Shown here piece after piece: positions 53,801 through 64,000 of a DNA stretch of 64,000 bases; positions within the stretch are counted from its first letter, which is position 1, and every line of letters begins with the position of its first letter. A program made the translations under genes and the position numbers. Origin of the DNA: Antedon mediterranea (taxonomy: Eukaryota > Animalia > Echinodermata); NCBI RefSeq assembly GCF_964355755.1, contig NC_092672.1:24813237-24877236 (forward strand), read 5' to 3'. Below the pieces are notes generated by a model. That model was not told the origin of the DNA. It did not search any database and saw only the letters and a program-made list of their open reading frames with translations.

Positions 53801-54754
53801 ATTCATTCATATTTATCTCAGTCATCCAACTTTATCAAACAAAACTTTTTTTAGGATAAACATAGCTATATGTAAGGTTCAACTTGAATAATTTTAACAA
53901 TTTTAACATTTTCTAACATTAATGTTAAAAGATTACTTTTAAAAGAACTTATATTATAATTTCAAATTTCAGTACAAGCTATTTAACAATTTAAAAAATA
54001 TATAAGCCAAGTTATTGTAGCATAACTTTATATTTTAATCAATGGATGTACAGTAAATGACTTTGCATTATATAAATGTATTACAATTGTTTATAAACTC
54101 TTCATTGTTGTAGATTCTATTTCAGTACAACCTTTTTATAAAACTAATATTGACCTTGGTTCATCCTTGTTTCAGTTGGATGGTCTTACCTTTTCAATAG
54201 AATTACATTCATGTTCACAGAGTAAATTAAGATTTATCTCCTTTAAAATTAAATTCAATAAAACTATATCCCATAACAATTTTCCTATGAATAAATAGAT
54301 GGAATTATTCTTAGTTTATTGATTTGATTCAGACCAATTTCATACACATTTAGCAATATTTTTTTCATTTTTTAACTAATAATATGCATAGAAAATGTTT
54401 ATTTTACAACTACAATACCTCATAAAGTAATTCATTTATTTACTTTTTTATGGCTTTAACTAGTTGAATTCTCTCATGGTACCAATATAAAGTCTTAATC
54501 GGCAATAAATTTCTATTGATCATACATTCTAATAATTAATGTTTCATAATTTTTTGGATTTTATTGTGTTACAATAAAGGAAAAATAAACGGTGTGGGAA
54601 AAAACATTATCAGATGACTAAATATATGTAATATAACGTGTTAATACATTTCTGGTGTTTTTGTGCAACTTCAAATTTTTATTTTTGTGCTATAGTTTAG
54701 TAGTAAACTAAATTTATCTTCCCATTTCCACCCTTTAAGACAGAAAAGTTCAAC

Positions 54755-57377
54755 TTCCCTTCCCCTGTAGTAGAGCACCGTATCAAGAATGTTAAATAAC
54801 AGACAAGAGACATAAAATTGCTTGTCTACATACACTTTATTCACAGTACACATATGGCTGAATTCATATAACAACATTACTATAAGCCCAACAACTGGGA
54901 AACCTTTAACATGTGGCTTACCTTTCATCGGTCATGCTTTTTAACAACCTACCTTAAACCCCTGCGTTAGCGGCTAAGGTAACACCAACCCAGCGAATGC
55001 TATGCAGTCCAAATAGATACTTATTGTACCCACATCTTCGTAAAATATCCTTAAACAGCACGGCAGCGTGAATAGGACATCTTTCTAGCATGTGGCTACT
55101 AGTTGATTTCACTGACTAAATAGTGCTAATGTGGTTCCATGCCCTCTACTCTCTATATCAGCATGTATAAAGACCCAGGTATCTGTGTCCAACAATAATG
55201 TCCAACCACCAATAGTTCTTGATAGTTCAAATACTGAATTATTTAATATTTTAAATAAACTAAAATTTACACTATGTAGTATTTTTGTAAAAAAATTAAT
55301 AAAATATGCACTAAATGTTGATTTTCCTTTTACCTAAACCTTCTATTATTTTAGGTAAATACAGAATTTCATTTACAGTATTGTGGTACAAAACTAGGGA
55401 ACAATCAAGACCTTCTGTTTCTGAATTATTTCTTGTAACGTTAAATCTTTGATTAGTTTTACACCTTTTCACCTTCTGTCAATTATTTAAGAATTACTGA
55501 CATTCAGTGATTGAAGTTTCTCCTTCATCTAATGTTCAAGCAGTATTGTTATAATGTTTTTTTTATTGAGAATTGTCCTATAATTTCACACATAAATTAA
55601 TTATTCCCTGAGATTTGAAATCAAAATAAAATGTACATTGACTTATTTAATAATTGCCCTGATTTAATGCACAACTATTAATTTAGATTGTATACTGGCT
55701 TTTTCTTTTATCCAAATGTACATATGAAAAACATAAGCACTCATTTTGAGGACTTGTGATGAGTTGAAAATCAAATAACAATATTATCAAGTTAAAGTTC
55801 AAAACAATTTTTTTTGTAATGGTCAAATGAATACAAAACAGAAAATATATTTAGGTTACATTAATTTGTTTAAAAAGTAGCATGAAAACATAAAATAAAT
55901 TACATGAATAAAGGTAATAACTATACAGGAACCAAAACTTAAAATAAATAAATAAAATCAACAGAAATATAGACAATAGCATATTATTTTATCAGAAAAG
56001 TAGTTGGAGAGGTAATGATTTTCAATTATTATATAAAAGTTTTTCTGATTAGAAAAAATGGTTAAATCAAGACTATTCAACTTATATTTGGGGTAAACCA
56101 ATATTTTTTGTTTAAAATAATTGCCAAACTCTGCAATCCTCCAAAAGACATAGCAAACCTCATTTAACCAACATAAAAGTGATTGAATCAGTAGTGTACA
56201 ACTCACTTGGTTTGTCAATTAACAAATTTAAATATATTTTTGTTAAATACTTAATTTTGTGGTTAAGCATCATTTTTTGGTTTAAAAACAATATTGATAA
56301 ACCTTCACCGCCCCAAACAATGTTACAATAATGTATAAGTAAAACATTTTATTTTAATTTCTTTAGAATACTAATATATTTAGATATTTTATTTGAGAAA
56401 AATTGTTGGCAGCCAATAATCTAATTAAAAGACCAAGGATATGATACTTCACTTTTTTCAATTAATTTTGCATTAAAAAATATAACAATTGTTGTGTGTA
56501 AGTTCACTAATACAATTAGTTTTAGTCGTATTAATTAATAATTAGTTTGTAGTGAATAATTTACTAACTTACTTAACTTTAAATTTAAAAAGTTCAACAA
56601 GACAATATTGTTATTAAAATATAAAGTTGTATTATCTGCATAAAAAAATTTGTCTGAAAGATTTACTAATTATTAATTTGAAATAATGATTTCGATCTGT
56701 AAAATATCTTTTAAACCAATCTAAGAAAGGCTCCAAAATACCATAACGAAACCACTTGAAAATATCATGGTTTACAACATCAAAAGTTTTTGATAAATCT
56801 TGAAAAGTACTTTCAAAAGCAGTATTAACAGAATTAGTGAGTTCAAGAAAAGCATGACAAGTGGTATTGTATGCATACAATTTTCAGTATTTTTTTGAAA
56901 AAATGGGTAAAATTAAGATTGGTATAAAAGTATCCGTTTTTAAATACAGGATTTACATTTAATATGATTAGGTACAGAACCCATCATGAATGATTAATTA
57001 ATGGCGTATGTGAGATGGCTTATGAAGCAACCTTTTTAAGAATCATGCTCTGAACCTTTACTAGAATTCAAATTAATAATTATATTAAGCACTTCTGTTT
57101 CAGATATAAATGGGAGGTGGTAATTAAGAGATTTGGTCTTTGCCATTTTAGACTATATAGAATTACAGAGTTTTACAAATGTGGCTATACTTTTTATATC
57201 TTGAAATATTTGAACTTTTATGAATTTTTAAAAGTTTATGCTAATGTTTACTAAATTTATTTAGGTGGGTGTCATCAATAGTTGTTTTAGTGTTTTGGTT
57301 TTTTTTAACTTCAAAAAGTATATAAAAAAATGTATCCAACATTAGGATTAAGTCTACAGTTTAGACGAATCAGTTTG
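54755..57377 (-). mobile_element. Blocks G+B, copy 3 (decayed LINE plus shared flank)
   Basis: Matches 39140-40945; RT motif FQDLSKTFDVVNHDI...YGI...LDWFKRYFTDR at 56632-56880. Confidence 0.85.
54922..55080 (-). mobile_element. Tyrosine-recombinase fragment (DIRS/Ngaro-type), pseudogenised
   Basis: MSYSRCR/LFKDILRRCGYNKYLFGLHSIRWVGVTLAANAGV*GRLL/KHDR*K, with frameshifts; matches the YR box II pattern FGLHSLRxGGAT.AANAGV..RL.K.HGRW. Confidence 0.85.
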
Positions 57378-58524
57378 TCATTAATGGAATGCAGTAGAAG
57401 TAAAATTGAGAAAAATTACAAATGCAATCAATTCTTTGTATTTATAAAAACGCCATTTTTTACGTTTTTTTTAAATTACTTTCCTTAGTTACACATAGAA
57501 ATGGTTGCTAAGGTAACACTATAGGTAAAATATGAAAATTGTTGAGAATTGTTATGAACTACAGTATCTTGTAAATTTTGATAAAACATTAATAGTTGTA
57601 GTAAAGTGGGGACCTGTCCTGTTTTGCATTCTGACCCCTTTTGACCTCAAATGACCTATTTACAAGGTCAGATTTTTTGGGAGGTCTTTCTGTATCCCTT
57701 TACACAAAATAGATTTTAAAATTTATAAAAACCATTGACGCAATTATTTCCAAGTTTAACATTATTTTCCATCAACTAAATATTTCAATGCAAAATACTG
57801 TTTTTCTGGCAATTAATTGAAATAAACCTGGCAACACATTCTCCTATTTTATCTAAACTATTCGTATGACTCTAGTAGCATTATGACAAGCCACATATAC
57901 ATTTTATTATTGGATTAGCCATATTTAAATTGTGTTTCATGTGTTTTGTTTGTTGATATTTTGTTATATTTGTTGTATTTTTCGTATTTTCCTGGCAACA
58001 CAAAACCTATGTACAAAATTTACCCCAGTGTTTTTTTCGTGATTATTGTTGACAAACCTATTGACTATCAAATTAAAAAACCTCATTGATTTAAAAACAC
58101 CACTTTGGAAGTTATAGGTACGTTTATGAGGTATACTTTTATAAAAAAAATATTTTTTAAAAACACCCCTTTTTAAAATAATGGTATCAACCAAACTCCA
58201 TTTTGTAATTTTTTTTTTTTCTACATTAAATGGAACTCAATACATGTTGTTTACACTACTATAAACAAAAACTGTATACTGTAAGTATTTTTGGTTCAAA
58301 TAAGTATACAAAGTTTGTACTTTTTCACTATAGAAAATCTGTGAAAAATGGCAAAAACATCAAAATTTGGATAATTGACCGTTGCCATGGCAACGGAGGC
58401 TAAAAAATAAATGAATGTTGTAGATATGCTTTTTATTGAAATGTCTATTCATGGTAAAAATTTGAGAGAAATCCATTTTTTTACATCTGGCACCAAATCT
58501 TTGATTTTTACAGACAATGGCTCT
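57378..58524. mobile_element. Probable truncated DNA transposon (one end GGCTC|TTAA; Sola3-like, tentative)
   Basis: Not matched elsewhere in the window; lies between blocks B and C; ends ...CAATGGCTC|TTAA; no partner TIR seen. Confidence 0.3.
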
Positions 58525-60262
58525 TAAAGTTTAGTTAGCAAAGTTCAAAAGGATGAATTAAAACACCTAATAAAAACCTTAAAAAGAGGCTACAAGGATG
58601 CTTGTTTTTCTTGTCTTACCATTATTGAATAAATGTTATTAAATTGAAATTAAATTGAATTGAATTCACAACCACCACATATTTAATATACATTAATGAC
58701 AAAATATGATGTTTTAATTAAGTTTAACTAAAAATGAAAAACTACAATGTGTATTCCATGCGTACTGTACATCCATTTTTTATTGTTGCAAAGTTTCAAA
58801 ATGACGCAATGAACTTTACTCCGTCCATTGGATTGAATGTTAAATTGACCAAATATAAGTCCTGATAATGAACAGAACAGAGTATGCTCATAAGCATGCA
58901 CAGATTAATATTTTGTGTAGATTACCGTATCCTTTCATTTACCGTCCCCTTTGTCTACCATCCTGTCATAAAGTCACTAGTAGGTTTTATTGTAAATTAA
59001 CAGCACACTACGTGCAACAGCTAATACAGTAGTACTAATCATTGTCAGTATTTTCATTTTTGTTGTAAATGTATAGTCAACAGAGACCTCTTAGAATCAG
59101 GCTTCTGAGTCATGTCAGTCATACATTCTACTCATTCACCCTTTACCAAAAATTTGGGATTTTTAAAATGTCTTTCTTTCCATCATATATATTCATTTAG
59201 GACTGACAGTTTCATTCTTATAGTTTCATTCTACTGTAAAACAATAATAGTCTCTTTGTCATTACATTCAGCCTCTTACATTAACATTCAAATTAATTCA
59301 GAATAAATACATTTGAATGATGAAGCCTAAAAAAACAAAAAACAGAATAACTAAAATACAAATAAATTGGTATATTTCTATACCTTATAACACAAGAATC
59401 TCCTGTTCGTCCGAAGCGTGTAACAATTTCGAAAGGCATTGTGAGATAGAATAGAGCTAATGGGTGGCGCCATTGTGAGCCATGGAGTAGCGCGCCCTCA
59501 TCAAATTAGAAAGTCAAAATCATAGAGGGGATCTGCTAATACTATAGGGGGATAGAGTAATTGACTGAGCCCTCTATAGGAATTAATAGTTTTGACTTCC
59601 TAGTTTGGAGGGGGAGCTGCTCCATGCTGTGAAATGGCTTCGCCCAGTTTGACTTTTTAACCCTGTACATCTAGTACTACTATAAGTTCTTTGCTTTGAT
59701 GTAGATGATGATACATAAAACTGTTATAAAGCCTACCAAACATACAGTGCTAGTTGAGGGTGATTATTTGCTTTTTTGTTAAAAGTAAATAATAGTCAAC
59801 CAGAAATAAAACTTAGTTTACTAAAAACTAAGCTTTGGTTGTCAACACAATGTAGGCGCTACGCAAGCGAGTTGACCAATAACAAGCAACAGTTTGGATA
59901 ATCCATCACATTGTGATTGGTCAATTTGCTTGATTTAATTTCCAAAAAAATTGGATAGACGACAGACAAATGGACAGACTAAATGTTGGGACAAACAAAC
60001 TTATTACATGCAATTATTACTCAGTAATCACCTCTGTAGTCCCATGGGTACTCTTTTAAATAGTTATTGATTACGGTGCCTTAAAATGTTCTTTAAATAA
60101 TAATTGTGTAAATTGATTTGACCAGGACCTTACCATGCCAAACCATATCAATACTTTGAGTTACAATTGTAGATAATATATTGATATTCATTTGTAGCTA
60201 TACACTAGGCTTCATTATCTTAAGGTTATTAGAGTGTGCGTAACAGCAGTATGATCATACAC
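58523..60262. repeat. Duplication block C, copy 2
   Basis: Lacks the SINE and the 28-bp triplication of copy 1; has its own insertion at ~59350-59730. Confidence 0.9.
59455..59650. mobile_element. Degenerate hairpin MITE
   Basis: catggagtagc...aagtcaaaa / ttttgactt...gctgctccatg inverted arms; absent from block C copy 1. Confidence 0.55.
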
Positions 60263-61373
60263 AATATCATGACAACTACTGTATTACAGTACTTATGATG
60301 TACACAGCCTATTTAATACTTAGTTGAAATGCCATTATTAGACATTTTTAATCATTGATTTATTTAGAGAACTTAATAAAACTTCACCAGAAGTTATAGA
60401 ATGGTCATATCAGTTGTATTCTGATTGTTTATACTACTATAACAATATATGTTCACATTTTGTAGTAATACACTACCAACATGTATCAGATAGTATTTAC
60501 AATACCCATCTGTATAATTATACTACACCTTAATCTGAATACCTTATCCAACCTGAATACAGTATTTATACAGCGAATACTGTTTCGTAGTTTCATTCCA
60601 TAAAACCATAATTTAACATCAAATAAATAGTCATAACATTAAATCTTCTTTATTTTAATAGATTCATCTCTTTATTTTCTTTTGAAAAAAATTTTAATAC
60701 ACCAAAAAAAACCCCCCAAAAATAAACATCTACCCTGTATGTGATGATACACATGTGGTCAAATCATTTTTCTATTCGACCTATTCGCCATCCGTCGCCA
60801 TGACAGAATAATCTGGATTTTCTTTCTTTTACATAATCCAAGTTATCAACTACCACACTTTATTTCAAAAGATAACATTTTTTAGCATAATTATTTTTTC
60901 TGTAAAATAGCTGCATAATATAGTTATCCACACCTTGGCGGATAACTCCTTGTGATTGTATAAAATCATCATCAACTTTTTTTATCTGTATTATTCTTCT
61001 TTCATTCAACATTTCATAACTTCGTAAAGTTGTGCACCTACTACTTTTTTTAAACGTCAGAGTTGCGCAACATGACTTTCGTGCGATTTTATGAATTTGA
61101 ATGATTGTCAAATGTCATTTTGTATTGACACTTTTTTAATTTAATTCATATCAAGAGTCAACTTTCTATGGATTAAAAATGGCATGTTTCACAAAGTTAC
61201 GCGCACAAGATTTCTTACAACCAACACCTGCACTTGCTGTAACTTAATGCGTATTCTCAGTTTGTGAACTTAATTCTCTTGAATTTTTCATTATTTAAGC
61301 CTTAAAAGAATTGAAAAGTCAATTAAACCATATCAACTTTTATTTTAATGACTTACTGATTTTGATTTTTAAG

Positions 61374-61513
61374 GCATTATGGCTACTCATATGTTGATTG
61401 CATTCTTAACCCTCTTTCACATTGACTATTCTTTTTATTTTAAATGCATTATGGCTACTCATACATGCTGATTGCCTTTTTAACCCTCTTTCACATTGAC
61501 TATTCTTTTTATT
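61374..61513. repeat. ~70-bp tandem duplication
   Basis: gcattatggctactcata...ttaaccctctttcacattgactattctttttatt x2. Confidence 0.9.
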
Positions 61514-63150
61514 GTACAAGTTACTAAATGTTTTAGTTTACTTAATTCACTTACCACAACCTTAATCAATAACCACCTTGACAAATTTCAATATAAATTT
61601 ACCTCCTGGTTCATCTTGTTTTTCATCACTGTTTTATGTATGTTTACGTTTTTTCCCCTTGTACTCTATACGCACAAACATACTTTGCCTATTATATTAT
61701 TCTTAATGTATATATAGTATAAGCCCATGGAGTAATTTATAATTCTTCCGTAAGCTTCCTAATTACATGTAAAGATAATAACAGCGTCACATTTTGTATC
61801 TTATTTGTTTTGTGTATTTCAGTTATAAACGGCTACTACTGTAGGAAACATTTTTTTGTACTGTACAGTAAATATTAATTTAAATAATAATATTTATTAT
61901 TTGCATATCTACGGACGTACCATCAATTTCAAAATTCTTTTCAATTCAGTATGTTCTAGCAATACTTTCGAATTTGTCAATAATGTGTACTTGCTTTTTT
62001 AACTTCAGATTATGGACTAAAGTGTATTTAAAATATACAGTAGTGTAAAATATTCTGTATTTATTTTTGTTACAATGAAAGTTACTGACCGCAAACATTC
62101 ATGCATAGCCTACTTTAAAACATAGAAAATGAGATTTCAATTGCAACTCTTGCATTTTTAGGTTTAACTACGTCAACCTTGAAATCTGTTCGTCTGTAGG
62201 GCTCACACAAAGACGGGTGCTGATGCTAGTAATTTATATGATCAGATCATTTGATATCTGCTGCTGCAGTTGAGATTCATACACTTTAAAGTAAAGTTTG
62301 ATTTTATGTGATCACATCATTTCCCTATTATCATTTGATTTATAATTTTAGTTGTAATTTTGTTGTTGTCGTCGTCGTGGTTTATGTTTGTGAAACTAAA
62401 CAAGATGAACGGATTAAAGAATAAAACATCTTACAATGTTTCTATGTTGTGCAGTGAAAATAAACTCTTTCAGTGCAATATTATAGAAACTATTTTTATC
62501 AAGAAAGAGACCATACAAATACAAATGTTGTTTTATCCTAATGTCTACTACCAACCTTCATTCAAAATCAATTATTTTTTTAGGTAGATCAAGATCAAAT
62601 ATAGTTCTGACTTGTTAATGGTCACATGCCAGTATAGTTTATTGGGCTTGCCAGTGATAATGACAAAATATTTATTATTTTGGTCTACTATTACAGTAAC
62701 ACTTTTTATCAATTAATGATATAACATATCAGTGCAACGTCCACTATTATATTTTAAAAAATGAACAAAAATATATATATGTTGATTTTTATATTGGAAC
62801 TGAGAAAGGCATTTATTCCTGATCTAAATTATTTTCACTTTGGGATATTTTTGTAAATTACAACTTTCATAAAAAAATATCATTAAAACATAGTATAAAT
62901 ATGCACATGGTATAAATATAGAATTTGTAAAATGCATCAGAGGTCGTACATTTACAAAATAAAAAAAAAAAGGAATTTACATATTTATTTTTATACAGAG
63001 GTATAAGTGAGTGGCACTTAGTCAGTGTAACTCTTTTTTTTCTGCTATAAATGAGTTAGGAATAACATTGTCATGTGACAGAATACCAATGTAACATTTT
63101 TTTCTTTAAAATCAGTATTTTAACACCTGATGATTATGACCTCTTTCCAG

Positions 63151-63255
63151 AATGGAAACACTCCACTTCATATACATCTGGCTCAAAGGAATCCTACATT
63201 AGAAATGGTGACCTGTCTCATAAATAAGGGAGCGTCAGTGACATCACAAAATAAG
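63151..63255 (+). CDS. Ankyrin-repeat exon (35-aa variant repeat), internal coding exon
   Basis: ctctttccAG|AATGGAAAC...AATAAG|GTaata; 105 nt, phase 0/0; NGNTPLHIHLAQRNPTLEMVTCLINKGASVTSQNK (GNTPLH...L..KGA.V..QNK). Confidence 0.92.
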
Positions 63256-64000
63256 GTAATATATATACAGACAATTTTCAGTAATACTGTATGGCAACAA
63301 TCTTTCACCTACTCTAGTACATTATTCTATTCTTTTTTTTCTTTTTTTATATCTGGTTCATCATATAATTAATAATAATGATAATTATTATTAAATTGTG
63401 TGATTTTTGGTAGACCTATTTAAAAAACCATTCCTTCAAAGATGCCAATATCTACTATCACAGCGATTTTAAACTGATAGGAAGATTGTGGGTTGTATAA
63501 TTTATGCTGAGATTGGACCTATCGGGTATTTTGATGACATGAAGTAAAGGTAGAGATAATGTGCCCGGCTTCATAAGTTATTTAATAAGGGAGTTTAATC
63601 CTATAACCTATGCTTCATTAAATACTCTGTAGCCATCTGTATTTCAATACTGATCTACACATGCGCACAGCTCGAATCTGAATTAAATGAAAGAAAGAAT
63701 ATTTTCCATAATTTGTTATCCAATGAACCATATCTTTTTTTAACTTTGCTAAATGTTGTCCCAATTCAATCTGTTTCATAAGTAAATATTATTTTTTGAA
63801 CAGATGTCAGGATTATTCTAAATGTGTAATTCAACCTAGAAATTGACATTGAAATCTAAATCATTCAGTTAAATAACTTATAAAGAGCAGACCTCCCAAC
63901 TATGCTGATAATGGCGAAAGCAATTTTGAATATACTGATATTTCTAATCTCTGTTAAGAATCTAGATAAGAAGAAAAAGAAAATATGCTAAATATCCGCA

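Noticed and set aside
54922-55080. Recombinase-driven programmed exon shuffling
   Set aside because: The YR fragment is short, frameshifted and stop-containing, and no conserved recombination-signal motif was seen around the live exons
63130-63372. 80-aa stand-alone ORF
   Set aside because: Only 63151-63255 is ankyrin-like and splice-bounded; the rest is intron read-through

Overview
AT-rich animal (invertebrate-like, possibly deuterostome/echinoderm; inferred only from repeat types) genomic DNA with no prokaryotic-style genes. It is an internal part of a very large + strand ankyrin-repeat gene. Each exon encodes exactly one repeat and is bounded by phase-0 AG/GT sites: 19967-20065, 50562-50660 and 63151-63255. 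The introns are a mosaic of local segmental duplications. These carry two dead 99-nt ankyrin pseudo-exons (12810-12908, 29994-30092) and one paralogous block (~36.7 kb) from which the exon has been removed, so repeat-exon birth and death is visible in place. The rest is a dense, partly nested set of mostly non-autonomous transposons (Kolobok-, PIF/Harbinger-, piggyBac-, Academ- and IS3EU-like elements, a Helitron, Helentron/HINE elements, a tRNA-SINE, LINE remnants and a DIRS-type tyrosine-recombinase fragment), plus a decayed kinase fragment. Several insertions are confirmed by empty sites in the paralogous blocks. Nearly all ORFs in the supplied track are spurious. All calls are from reading by eye; no searches were run.
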